Positions 1 through 9,107 of a stretch of 64,000 nt of DNA are shown here, one piece after another (position 1 is the first letter of the stretch; each line of letters starts with the position of its first letter). The notes under the pieces are model-generated. The model was not told the origin of the DNA. It did not search any database and saw nothing but the letters and a program-made list of their open reading frames with translations. This DNA is from an uncultured Thermoplasmata archaeon (GTDB lineage Archaea; Thermoplasmatota; Thermoplasmata; Halarchaeoplasmatales; Halarchaeoplasmataceae), in contig CAYWJQ010000006.1 of the NCBI GenBank assembly GCA_964458595.1, positions 69,776 to 133,775 of the forward strand, in the 5' to 3' direction. A program made the translations under genes and the position numbers.

Positions 1-93
1 TGGTACCCCTACATTTTTTCTAACTCTTTTGATGTAGTTTCCTAGGAAGGGATTTTTTTTTATGTGGGCCTTTAATTTTCTCTCCATCTTTGA

Positions 94-1752
94 TCACATC
101 CCGATAAGTCCCCCCATCACCGATCGAGCGATTATCGAAGCGATTACTCCTATCCAAGTCATCCCTACCGTGTGATACAGTACCGACATTTTGTGGCTCC
201 CAGCAGATAGGACCAAAGAAAGAGAGGCGAAGATAGCGTGAATAAGTATAGCAACGAGGACAAATAATTGTATCATATAAGGACTGTACTGGACCTGGTG
301 CAGTACACCGGAAAATTCCGAGGTTTGAGAGATCATCCCTATAGAATCGTTCATCATGACGGCTATATTTAAGGTCAAAGTAAGAGTCAGAGCAGCGCCT
401 AATCCTAATCCATAAAAAATACCTATCATGCTGGAGGCCTGCTGGTACCTATCTTTTCTCAATGAAAGTATCCTTACAAAAGTTTCTGAGATAATGTCAC
501 TCACTTCACGAACATCTGCACCTAGATCAGTGGATCCAGTATAGATATTAGTAAAAGTTGCTATAAGATTACTTCCGGTTCCTGAGGCGAAAAACCTCCA
601 AGCTCTTTCTTCATCGATCCTCGTAAGTAGTCTTTTATACAATTTTTCTATTTCCTCCGTTAATGGTCCAAAATCGTACTGTCTCAGTTTTTCTAGTGCG
701 TTCTCGACACTCCCGCCTTTCATAGCTATACTGCTCGCTATAGCTCTCATGAACGCGTCGTAGTTATTGTCGGATCTCTTCAATTTTTTCTCCGAGAAAT
801 ATATCATCAAACCGGGCGCGATCAACGGAGATAGGGAAACTGCTACTGTCCAAAATATATCTATACTTATATAATTGAAAAATACGTAAAAGAGGATAAC
901 ACCCCCTACCACACACGCTGGGATCACTTTTTTCAGTTTATCCGTTAGAGGCGGTCTTTTATCCAGCTGATGCCATATCGGATCGTTCGGCATGACCGTT
1001 TTTACGGCTACGGCCATTATTATTTCCATTATTATGAAAACTACAAGACCACCAGTAAGAAGTAGCATCGCTGAATTACCACTGAATATGGGAAGTATAC
1101 TCAAGAATACGAGTAGAAATAGTGTAGAAGTCATAAGAGCGATGAAGACTTCTTTCATCAAATCGAGAGTTTCTAGGGAAGATTTATACTCAGTTTCATA
1201 ATCTTTCAAAACTACGGAATGCTCTTTTTTAAGGAAAGTAGTCATGTTTTCCCCTGCTTCCTGAGAGTGAGCGAGACGAGTTAAAAAATCTGATAATCGT
1301 TCACTAGGCGTTTCTTCAGCCACATCTCTAGCCGCTTCAGGAAGGGGCATGTCCCAGTATTCCATCCTACTGTAAACCTTTTTGAGCTCATCAGCTAGAG
1401 ATCCATATTCGTCTACTTCAGAAAGCTTTTTTATCATCCTAGATTCCGATACTGCGGAAGTTGACAATGCCCAAAAGTAGGTGATCAACAGATGAAGGTA
1501 GGAATCTATTTCTTCCTCTTTTAATTTTCTTATTATTATCGGAAAGATTATAGCCAAAATGAGGATCACTGTTGGAAGGACATATTGAGTGAAATAAACT
1601 AGAAAACCTTCGAGAAGGATGCTAGGAAATATGAGTTGGGGAAAGAAAATTATAAGTATAAATATAGCTACGGCTGGGATCACACCGCCTAAGATGTAAT
1701 CCCTAAAGGACATCTCCATCTTCTTGTAATGTTCCAATATCTCTATGTCCAT
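94..1752 (-). CDS. flaJ: Archaellum assembly membrane protein ArlJ/FlaJ (TadC/GspF-like)
   Basis: 552-aa ORF with clusters of hydrophobic TM segments separated by soluble regions; terminal gene of a co-directional flaF-G-H-I-J block, 14 bp after flaI. Confidence 0.85.
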   Translation of the reverse strand: MDIEILEHYKKMEMSFRDYILGGVIPAVAIFILIIFFPQLIFPSILLEGFLVYFTQYVLPTVILILAIIFPIIIRKLKEEEIDSYLHLLITYFWALSTSAVSESRMIKKLSEVDEYGSLADELKKVYSRMEYWDMPLPEAARDVAEETPSERLSDFLTRLAHSQEAGENMTTFLKKEHSVVLKDYETEYKSSLETLDLMKEVFIALMTSTLFLLVFLSILPIFSGNSAMLLLTGGLVVFIIMEIIMAVAVKTVMPNDPIWHQLDKRPPLTDKLKKVIPACVVGGVILFYVFFNYISIDIFWTVAVSLSPLIAPGLMIYFSEKKLKRSDNNYDAFMRAIASSIAMKGGSVENALEKLRQYDFGPLTEEIEKLYKRLLTRIDEERAWRFFASGTGSNLIATFTNIYTGSTDLGADVREVSDIISETFVRILSLRKDRYQQASSMIGIFYGLGLGAALTLTLTLNIAVMMNDSIGMISQTSEFSGVLHQVQYSPYMIQLFVLVAILIHAIFASLSLVLSAGSHKMSVLYHTVGMTWIGVIASIIARSVMGGLIGM

Positions 1753-1766
1753 ATTATCTTAGCCTT

Positions 1767-3416
1767 TTATTTGATGCTAACTTGGGAGTCTTTTACTCTC
1801 AGGCGCGGTGGAAGAGATTCCATACCGCCTCTATGCCACTTTCTTAACACTTCTATGACTTCATCATAACCTAATATATCCTCTCTGATCATGTTTTTGA
1901 TGATCTGGGCTCTTTTTTCCAGCTCTAGATATATATCTCTTTTTTCGTCAAACCCCATCCTGGGGGCTATCTTTTCCTCCAAAACTTGGCTGTTGAATTT
2001 TCCTCTAAAGTCAAAACTGTCACTGACTGGGTCCCATCCAAATATCTCTCGGACTTCTACACTATCTTCTTCCCTCAAATAACCGGTAATTTCCGTTAAA
2101 GCCAACATCCTTCTTAGGAATTCTCCTCCGACATATACCGCCTGTTGGATGACCACGAAATCAAGGTTGGGGAAAAAGTGTAATGGAACATTGATGGGAT
2201 CTCCACTCATCCTCTGAATAAGTTTATGGACTGAAGCCGCGTGGAATGTGGACATAACCGGAACACCGGTCTGCATCGCTTGGAAAGCGATATTACCTTC
2301 TTCACCTCTGATCTCACCGACCAGTAATGCTTCTGGCCTACTCCTCATAGCGGCCTTTATCAGGTCAAAATATTCGACAGATATCTGCTCGTCTTCTGAT
2401 TCTTTGATTATCATCTGCTGCCATGTTTCTTGAGGAGGCTGAACTTCCGCCGTATCTTCTACGGAGTAAACCTTGTTGTCATGGGGTATGAAGGGCAGCA
2501 TCGAATTCAAAGTAGTGGTTTTACCCGAAGCTGTCTCCCCAGAAACTATGCATGACATGCCTTGTTCCATTGCCAGCCACATGTATGCACCCATCCTCGG
2601 GCTGAATGTATTCCACTTGATTATTTGTGGCATTGTCAGAGGCGTCTCTTCGAACTTTCTGATCGTGAAACTGGGACCTTTTATAGAGATATCTTCTGGA
2701 TATATTATATTTAATCTAGAACCATCTGGCATCGCGGTGTCGAATACGGCGTCCGAAGCGTTCACGTCCACATTTACTCTATCTCCAAGATTCACGAGAT
2801 ATTCGTCCAGTTTCTCCATATTTTCGAACTGGAGGTTAGTAGTCATCTCATCGAATATCTTATGGATGAGTTTGATAGGCTCTAGACCAACCACGTATAT
2901 GTCTTCTATATAAGGATCTCTCATAAGCGGTTCAAGAGGTCCAAGATCGGCTAAATCTCTCATGAGCCTGTATCTAACTCTTCTTACTCTCTCTTTTGGT
3001 ATATCTCGGCTGAACAAAAGCCCGTTAGTTTCTTTTTCCACGAACTCATCTACGGATTCTTCGATAAGATCTTTTAATTTCTCTGGATCGTCTTTTACGT
3101 CTTCGTAAGCTGCTTTTTCAAAGATATAATCCTGTATTTCTTCAAGAAGTTCTCTACTTTCAGTATCTAGTTCAGGTTCTACACCGTTGTATTTGTATCC
3201 ACTACCTTCGGTCCCATAAACGTGGACGAAGATAGGATCACCTATAGGATATATTATATTTATTTCATCTTGATCTTTTAGATCTCTATCAACTCTGTTT
3301 TTCAATACCGGTTCGTCGATGCCTCTACTCTGTAGACCTTTGATATACTCGTTGAGGTGCGAGTTCCTCTTTCTAGCTTGGGCTAATGAACTTTCATGCT
3401 GCTGTACAGGAGACAT
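1767..3416 (-). CDS. flaI: Archaellum ATPase ArlI/FlaI (secretion-type ATPase)
   Basis: Walker A GETASGKTTTLNS, 549 aa, 1-bp gap to flaH; typical FlaI size and context. Confidence 0.9.
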   Translation of the reverse strand: MSPVQQHESSLAQARKRNSHLNEYIKGLQSRGIDEPVLKNRVDRDLKDQDEINIIYPIGDPIFVHVYGTEGSGYKYNGVEPELDTESRELLEEIQDYIFEKAAYEDVKDDPEKLKDLIEESVDEFVEKETNGLLFSRDIPKERVRRVRYRLMRDLADLGPLEPLMRDPYIEDIYVVGLEPIKLIHKIFDEMTTNLQFENMEKLDEYLVNLGDRVNVDVNASDAVFDTAMPDGSRLNIIYPEDISIKGPSFTIRKFEETPLTMPQIIKWNTFSPRMGAYMWLAMEQGMSCIVSGETASGKTTTLNSMLPFIPHDNKVYSVEDTAEVQPPQETWQQMIIKESEDEQISVEYFDLIKAAMRSRPEALLVGEIRGEEGNIAFQAMQTGVPVMSTFHAASVHKLIQRMSGDPINVPLHFFPNLDFVVIQQAVYVGGEFLRRMLALTEITGYLREEDSVEVREIFGWDPVSDSFDFRGKFNSQVLEEKIAPRMGFDEKRDIYLELEKRAQIIKNMIREDILGYDEVIEVLRKWHRGGMESLPPRLRVKDSQVSIK

Positions 3417-3417
3417 C

Positions 3418-4113
3418 TTATCCCACCGAAGTGATTTCTAATACGAAACCGATTCCAGGCTCCACCCTGAATGCGATACTTTGAGAAACACCGCCTCCAG
3501 CTTTAGCAAATCTTTTTACATTTATCTCCTGAGAGACCGTACCTCCGACTTGGTTAAGTTCCATCTCGAAGAGCATATGAGCCGCTGAATAGAACGGAGG
3601 GAACAATTTTTCAGAAGTAGGCCCTGATTCTATATTCAATAACATCGTCTTACCCTGTGCGAGAAGTCTTTGTGTGAAGGTCTCTAGTTTCTGTAAGGAT
3701 TCTTCAGGATTAGAGTCTTTATTCACGAGAGCCGAGAACGTATCTACTATTATGATATCCGATTCGAATATCTTTTCTCCGCTCATGAGTTTTTCCACGT
3801 AATTCGTTGAAGACTCCTGTTGAAGCATTCCGTATATCGGTATGAATAGAAGATCATGGTTCAAGAGATAAGATGTGATTTTATACCCCAAAGAATCCAT
3901 CTGCTCGATAAAACCTTTGACTGTCAACTCAGTAGATATCACTGAAACCTGATAACCATTTTCTAAAAACCCATACGTTAAGCGCTGAGTGAAAACTGAT
4001 TTTCCTGTTCCATACCTACCTTCGACTATCCCAAGGGACGATGAGGGAAAACCTCCTCCGAGCATATCTGAGAGGTCATCTCGGGGTATATCTATCTCTC
4101 TTATCTCTACCAT
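3418..4113 (-). CDS. flaH: Archaellum protein ArlH/FlaH (KaiC/RecA-like)
   Basis: P-loop-like GRYGTGKS, 231 aa, sits between the flaG-like gene and flaI. Confidence 0.85.
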   Translation of the reverse strand: MVEIREIDIPRDDLSDMLGGGFPSSSLGIVEGRYGTGKSVFTQRLTYGFLENGYQVSVISTELTVKGFIEQMDSLGYKITSYLLNHDLLFIPIYGMLQQESSTNYVEKLMSGEKIFESDIIIVDTFSALVNKDSNPEESLQKLETFTQRLLAQGKTMLLNIESGPTSEKLFPPFYSAAHMLFEMELNQVGGTVSQEINVKRFAKAGGGVSQSIAFRVEPGIGFVLEITSVG

Positions 4114-4126
4114 CTATATCACTTTT

Positions 4127-4564
4127 CTATATAGTAAATTCTAAGGTGTCTTCCGATTGATGAGAAGCTACGACTTTTAACCAGTGATCGCCACTTTCTA
4201 ATTTAATATCGATTTTCACCTTTATAACCTCTGTGGGTGACCAGATGTTGTCATCCCCATCCACCAATTGGATAGACGAAGGCTGCTGTAAAGTGCCGTT
4301 GACAAGTATTTCTACATCGGTCTTATTCATGCTGGTCGAACCCGTATTTTTTACATAGACTATCAGAGGGTCATTCGGCATATTGTTTGGATCATTTATT
4401 ATTGATATGTCGCTCTTCAATCTTTCGCTTAACGCGTCTTCTCTTGATCTTATCCCGCTGGAGATCGAATCGGTAGAGGTGATGAAAACACCCGCTAGAG
4501 TCGATGCTACGACCATAGAGGCCAGAAAGAAGACCAGGTGCGAGCTCGATATAGAGAATCCCAT
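4127..4564 (-). CDS. flaG: Archaellum FlaG(ArlG)-like protein
   Basis: 145 aa; N-terminal hydrophobic segment MGFSISSSHLVFFLASMVVASTLAGV then beta-rich domain with KNTGST motif shared with the upstream FlaF-like ORF; F versus G assignment is by operon position only. Confidence 0.6.
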   Translation of the reverse strand: MGFSISSSHLVFFLASMVVASTLAGVFITSTDSISSGIRSREDALSERLKSDISIINDPNNMPNDPLIVYVKNTGSTSMNKTDVEILVNGTLQQPSSIQLVDGDDNIWSPTEVIKVKIDIKLESGDHWLKVVASHQSEDTLEFTI

Positions 4565-4576
4565 ATTTTTTACCTC

Positions 4577-5788
4577 CTAAATTCTTTCATAATCTGTTAT
4601 TCCATTTTCTAGAACTAGCTTTAATTTCGGACCCAAATTGAGTCTGAACCATCCATTCAATCCGTTACCGATGACTAAACTCCCGGCGACATCGATACCT
4701 CCTAATCGACTCCCCAACTCGTCTTCGATCGTCTGCACGAAGTTACCATCGGTATCGAAAACATCTATATGAGATCTAGAGTCGACAACATAAATTCGAG
4801 GTTCTGTAAAGTTTTGATCGCTGACGGTTATATTCGTCGGACTAGAGAGTTTCCCTCCGGAGATCAAATCTGTATGTGTGCTTCCGTTCAGAGCGTATCT
4901 TTCCACGCTATTAGAAGTTTTATTCACTATATAGATATGATCGCTAACATATATGTCGATCGCGCCATCCAGATTTGTTACCGCGGTATCATGATAGCTA
5001 CCATCTAGATTATACCTATCCACATGATCGTTACCGTCTAATACGTAAATATAATCTTGACTATTCTCATCAGTGACTGATATAGCCCTAGGGGAGGTCA
5101 ACTCACCGCCGTTAGCTATAAACTTGACTCCGTTTTTACCTTTAAGGTTAAATTTATCTATATGATTTTGATTATCGATAGCGAAAAGATTGCTGTAATT
5201 AGAAGAAACATCGGTAGCGTTATCCAAAACTCCTCCGTCTATAGTGTTTATCAAGTTATTTTTGTGATCATAAACCGAGATATTACCTCTATCTTCAACA
5301 TTTCCGTCTTCGATCACGTAAGTATAATTAGAATTAGTGCTGATCGGACCCGGGCGTACGATCCCCTTGCTGATTTTAATTTTTATTCTTTCGCTTATAT
5401 TTGATTTGAATTCCAGATCGATATTTTTCAATCTTATCTTTAGATCCTCTTCAGGCGGCCAGTGATATCCTTTACTTTCTAGGAGATCATAGCTAACATT
5501 TTCAGGATCTATTATTTTTCCGTCCAACATCACGTCGCTTTTCGTGGCGTTCAGAACGGTCGATCCAGTGTTTTTGACCTCTATCACAGTTTCATTATTT
5601 GTTCTATTGTAGAGAACGGACTGTATCTTTATATCCGTCTGCTGTCGAGATATCCTTCGTTCTGAACTGTTTTGTATCTGGGTCTCAAAACTTTCCATAC
5701 TGGAATAGAATGCGCCGGACAGGACCGAGAAAGTGACGATCAACGCCACAAATATTATCCCGCTAGAGCCCGCTACTGAGAAGCCCAT
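4577..5788 (-). CDS. flaF: FlaF(ArlF)-like protein with C-terminal NHL-repeat-like beta-propeller
   Basis: N-terminal TM plus KNTGST flagellin-like domain; C-terminal repeats of type SP-x-I-x-V-x-D-x(n)-IYVxD-x-N-x-hxxFxxxG (e.g. LTSPRAISVTDENSQDYIYVLDGNDHVDRYNLDGSY, LSSPTNITVSDQNFTEPRIYVVDSRSHIDVFDTDGNF); 403 aa, much longer than typical FlaF/FlaG. Confidence 0.55.
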   Translation of the reverse strand: MGFSVAGSSGIIFVALIVTFSVLSGAFYSSMESFETQIQNSSERRISRQQTDIKIQSVLYNRTNNETVIEVKNTGSTVLNATKSDVMLDGKIIDPENVSYDLLESKGYHWPPEEDLKIRLKNIDLEFKSNISERIKIKISKGIVRPGPISTNSNYTYVIEDGNVEDRGNISVYDHKNNLINTIDGGVLDNATDVSSNYSNLFAIDNQNHIDKFNLKGKNGVKFIANGGELTSPRAISVTDENSQDYIYVLDGNDHVDRYNLDGSYHDTAVTNLDGAIDIYVSDHIYIVNKTSNSVERYALNGSTHTDLISGGKLSSPTNITVSDQNFTEPRIYVVDSRSHIDVFDTDGNFVQTIEDELGSRLGGIDVAGSLVIGNGLNGWFRLNLGPKLKLVLENGITDYERI

Positions 5789-8700
5789 CTTTCTTTCACC
5801 ACCTCTTCGTCCTTATCTATCGGATGGACATTATCTCCGATGCTTATTTCGCTGCCATCGAACAGGAGTTCTCCACCATATCCGATCTCATCCTCTATAT
5901 GAACATTTTCTGACAATTTCACGTCTCCTCGGCAAGAAACTCTATTCACTTTGGTGTTTTTTTCCAAGATGACTTTTTCCTCCGCTTCTATATCGTTTAC
6001 TTCACTGCCTCTAGAGATCAGCACGGTTTTACCTTCTATTTTTCCACCGACTTTACAATCTTCACCGATATTCACGTCTCCCGATTCCGACGTCACGTCA
6101 TCCTGTATCTCGGTGCCTTCATTGATCTTTATATCACCTTCAGCGCTCAGAGAGCCCTCAACGTTGACATCATTCTCTATCTCGACATCGCTCTCTGATG
6201 CGATATTCCCCGATATCTCGGATTCGGGTTCAAGTTTTATCTCCTCTTCAGAATGGATTGTGCTGGTTTCGTCTTCTTCCGTTTTTTCTTCAGGTTCAGA
6301 AGTTAGATACTCCTCTTGGGTGATCTCTTCTGCCTCTTTTTGGTCTGATTCTTCCGTTTCTTCAGAGAGATCCTCAGAACCTACTTTGGCTTTTATATTC
6401 TCGGGTTCTTCGATCAATTCTTCCTCTTTCTCTACCACTTCCATCACTTCGTCCATCTCTTCTTCTAGATTTTCTTCAGGCTCGGGTCCTTCTTCAGACT
6501 TTTCTATCGAAGGTACCTCTTCTTCTTCGATATCTTCGTCTATTTCTCCAGTTCTTTCACTTGTCTCCTCGCCTGTCTTTTCTTTTATTTCCTCCAGATC
6601 ACCGATATCCTCTTCTCTTATTTCTTCCTCATCAGCTACTTCTCGACTTTCTCTTCCTTCTTTTTTCAAATCCTCTATCTCGTCCTTTAAGGAATCGATC
6701 TCACTCTCTAGATTTTTTATCATGTCCATCAATGTGGATTCTTCTGTTTCCTGTTTTTCTTTCTCTTCTTCGGTAACTTCGGTGATTTCTTCTTCGGGAG
6801 ATACTGCCTCTTCTATCTCTTCACTCTTTTCTTCAGTTTCTGGGAACCGAGGGGTTTTGATTTCCGCTTCTCCAGTTGGTTCCTCCGTTTCCTTTTCTTC
6901 ACTTGGGACTTCTTCAGTTATCTCTTCGGTTTCCTCCTCTACCGTAGTTTCTGGCTCACTTGCTTCCAGTTTTTCTTCTCTCTCGGTCGTTTCGATCTCT
7001 TCGAGAGGCTCGGTTTCCGCCCCTTCTTCTACAGAGACGGTTCCTTCGATTGCCTCTTCTTTTTCTGGCGATTCTCCCTTGATCTCTTTCATATCCTCTC
7101 TTAATCGATCTATCTCTTTCTCTAGATTTCGTATAGCCTCGATGATGGCAGAAGGTTCTTCTTGTGTCTCGTCTCTCTCCTCTTCTATATCTTCTTCTAG
7201 TTCCTTTATATCTTCCAATGTTTCTTTCTCTTCTTCGAAGGTCTCCATCTTTTCCTTTATATCTTTAGCTCTCTCTGGCTCTACGTCCGTTTCTTCTTCC
7301 TCTGTCTCCTTCAATTTTTCTAGCTCTTTTTTCAACATCCTATTCTCTTCTTTTAGTCCCTCAATAGCTTCCATTATCACGGAGGAATCCATAGTATCCG
7401 ATACTTCGGGTATGGTCTTTTCGTTGATCCTTTCGACCTTTTTTTCAAGACTCCTTTCTTGGTCCTCTAAGAATTGCATCATCCTTCTTACCTTGGAAAC
7501 GAGATGTTCTTCTTGTCCTCTCTGAATTCCTTCTCTAGTTTCTTCGGAAAGTTCTTCTTTCTTCTTCACCTCTAGATCCAGCTCACTTTTGATCAAGTCT
7601 ATATTTTCGTCCTCCATATCATCTGGATCGACAACGATCATGAATATGGTGGTCTTCACGGTTATCTGGTCCTGGAGAGATTGGATGAAATGGATGACCG
7701 TCGATTCGGGATTGTTTGAAAGTAGATAACCGATACCGTCTAGAAGGATTATCCCATCGTCTTCTGAGATGAATCTCTCTATCGTCAGTCCAAGTAGATC
7801 CAATTCATCAGGGCCTATAGCGATATCTTCACTAGAAGATGAAAGCCATCCGTATTCTACTCCGGTCATGTCGTACTTTTCTTTCACGTCGTCAGGATGT
7901 TTTCTAAGTAAACACAGCCCTGATCTTTCTTTAACTAGATCTTGGAAAACTTCATATGGGAACTCTTCATCAGATGTTTCTAAAAGGTACATCTTTCCAT
8001 CTTCGAGTTCCTCTAACAGTTTTTCACTAGACAGACCTCCTTCTTTTTCTTCTCCCACTGGACTCTGAGTCATCTCCATTTCTTGAGGTTCCTGCTTAGA
8101 GACTGCGGGTCCCGGCTCTTGGATACTTTTCTGGCTTTTTTCTTCCTGAGCTGGTTGTTGAGTCGGCTGCTGGGGTTCCGCTTCAGTCTTTTTAGGTTCT
8201 TCTACCTGTGTCTGAGACTGTTGGGCGGTCTGTGGTTCTTGGGATGGTTGTTGGAGGGGTGCAGTTTCTTTCTTTTTAGGTTCTTCTACCTGTGTTTGAG
8301 GCTGTTGTGGGGGCTGAGCTTCTTGAGTGGGCTGTTCAGGCTGAGTCTCAGGCTCCTGTGGCTCTGGAGTTTCCGGTTGCTCTGGTTCTGGGGAAGGTGG
8401 TTGTTCTTCCTGTTGTTCTGACGCCCCTTCCATCGGAGGTTCCGGACCTTCTCCACCCTCCGGACCTCCGATATCGGGCATCTCGGGAGATTCTTCAGGT
8501 TCCTCTTCCTCTGGAGGTTCTACGAGTTCATCGAGAGGGGATTCTTCGGAAGTTTCTTCACTCTCTTCTTCGGAAGAACCACCGAAATCCATGCTGTCCC
8601 AATCCTCTTCTTCGCCGCCTCCGGAGCCGCCCTCTCCGCTGCTTAGACCTCCACCCTCTTCGAGGAAGGGGTTGAATTCGGCCGTTACCATCTCATAAAC

Positions 8701-9045
8701 GTCCAATAACTGACTGATATCTTCTTCAAGATCGTTTACTCTTTCTTCGATATCGTCGACCGTGTCGTTCATCGTCTCTACTTTGTTTTCTACTTCACGT
8801 ATATCGTCTCGATTTCTATCTATATCGTCTCTAACATCGGGTGCTACACCCATACCTCCACCTTCTCCTCCCTGTGGTCCGATACCTTCATCTTCATCCA
8901 TATCGGCACCCATCGGACCCATTCCGCCCTCTTCTTCGTCTGCATCTATAATATCATCTATATCGCCTTCCGATCCTTCTTCGGCTTCGTTTTCTTCTTC
9001 TTCTTCCTCGTCATCTTTTCCTAACAACTTTCCGAAGTCTACCAT
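5773..9045 (-). CDS. Giant acidic mosaic protein in the FlaC/D/E position (coiled coil, P/Q/E-rich linker, DUF835-like domain, E/K-rich coiled coil, C-terminal beta-helix-like repeats)
   Basis: 1090-aa ORF overlapping flaF-like start by 16 bp; N-terminal motif YEMVTAEFNPF; central domain KMYLLETSDEEF...ILLDGIGYLLSNNPESTVIHFIQSLQDQ homologous to the C-terminus of the 26209-30207 ORF; C-terminal alternating V/I-x-G/D repeats. FlaC/D/E relationship is inferred from position. Confidence 0.6.
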   Translation of the reverse strand: MVDFGKLLGKDDEEEEEENEAEEGSEGDIDDIIDADEEEGGMGPMGADMDEDEGIGPQGGEGGGMGVAPDVRDDIDRNRDDIREVENKVETMNDTVDDIEERVNDLEEDISQLLDVYEMVTAEFNPFLEEGGGLSSGEGGSGGGEEEDWDSMDFGGSSEEESEETSEESPLDELVEPPEEEEPEESPEMPDIGGPEGGEGPEPPMEGASEQQEEQPPSPEPEQPETPEPQEPETQPEQPTQEAQPPQQPQTQVEEPKKKETAPLQQPSQEPQTAQQSQTQVEEPKKTEAEPQQPTQQPAQEEKSQKSIQEPGPAVSKQEPQEMEMTQSPVGEEKEGGLSSEKLLEELEDGKMYLLETSDEEFPYEVFQDLVKERSGLCLLRKHPDDVKEKYDMTGVEYGWLSSSSEDIAIGPDELDLLGLTIERFISEDDGIILLDGIGYLLSNNPESTVIHFIQSLQDQITVKTTIFMIVVDPDDMEDENIDLIKSELDLEVKKKEELSEETREGIQRGQEEHLVSKVRRMMQFLEDQERSLEKKVERINEKTIPEVSDTMDSSVIMEAIEGLKEENRMLKKELEKLKETEEEETDVEPERAKDIKEKMETFEEEKETLEDIKELEEDIEEERDETQEEPSAIIEAIRNLEKEIDRLREDMKEIKGESPEKEEAIEGTVSVEEGAETEPLEEIETTEREEKLEASEPETTVEEETEEITEEVPSEEKETEEPTGEAEIKTPRFPETEEKSEEIEEAVSPEEEITEVTEEEKEKQETEESTLMDMIKNLESEIDSLKDEIEDLKKEGRESREVADEEEIREEDIGDLEEIKEKTGEETSERTGEIDEDIEEEEVPSIEKSEEGPEPEENLEEEMDEVMEVVEKEEELIEEPENIKAKVGSEDLSEETEESDQKEAEEITQEEYLTSEPEEKTEEDETSTIHSEEEIKLEPESEISGNIASESDVEIENDVNVEGSLSAEGDIKINEGTEIQDDVTSESGDVNIGEDCKVGGKIEGKTVLISRGSEVNDIEAEEKVILEKNTKVNRVSCRGDVKLSENVHIEDEIGYGGELLFDGSEISIGDNVHPIDKDEEVVKERWASQ
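7570..8000 (-). other. DUF835-like domain inside the giant archaellum-operon protein
   Basis: About 140-aa segment with strong similarity to the C-terminal domain of the IleRS-like ORF (shared LL..G.EYL / IQS.KDQ pattern); family name recalled from memory, needs HMM confirmation. Confidence 0.5.
8186..8310. repeat. Two-copy tandem repeat (about 83-bp period) inside the giant gene, encoding repeated QVEEPKK...PQQP peptide
   Basis: tttttaggttcttctacctgtgt(c/t)tgag(a/g)ctgttg occurs at about 8190 and again at about 8273. Confidence 0.7.
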
Positions 9046-9107
9046 ATCTTACCACCTTCCAGCACAAATATGAATTTGGCATCTCACCTTATTTAAACTC
9101 TTCCGTA

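Noticed and set aside
992-1201. Various 60-150-aa ORFs antisense to well-supported genes (e.g. 992-1201, 2473-2913, 19555-19800, 24464-24769, 57065-57427)
   Set aside because: Fully embedded in the opposite strand of conserved genes, with no independent evidence.
5951-9073. Long plus-strand ORFs (5951-7525, 7769-8068, 8083-8421, 8292-8675, 8762-9073) encoding Ser/Leu/Phe-rich low-complexity peptides
   Set aside because: They are mirror frames of the GAA/GAG-rich coding strand of the giant acidic gene on the minus strand; no start context and no domain-like sequence.
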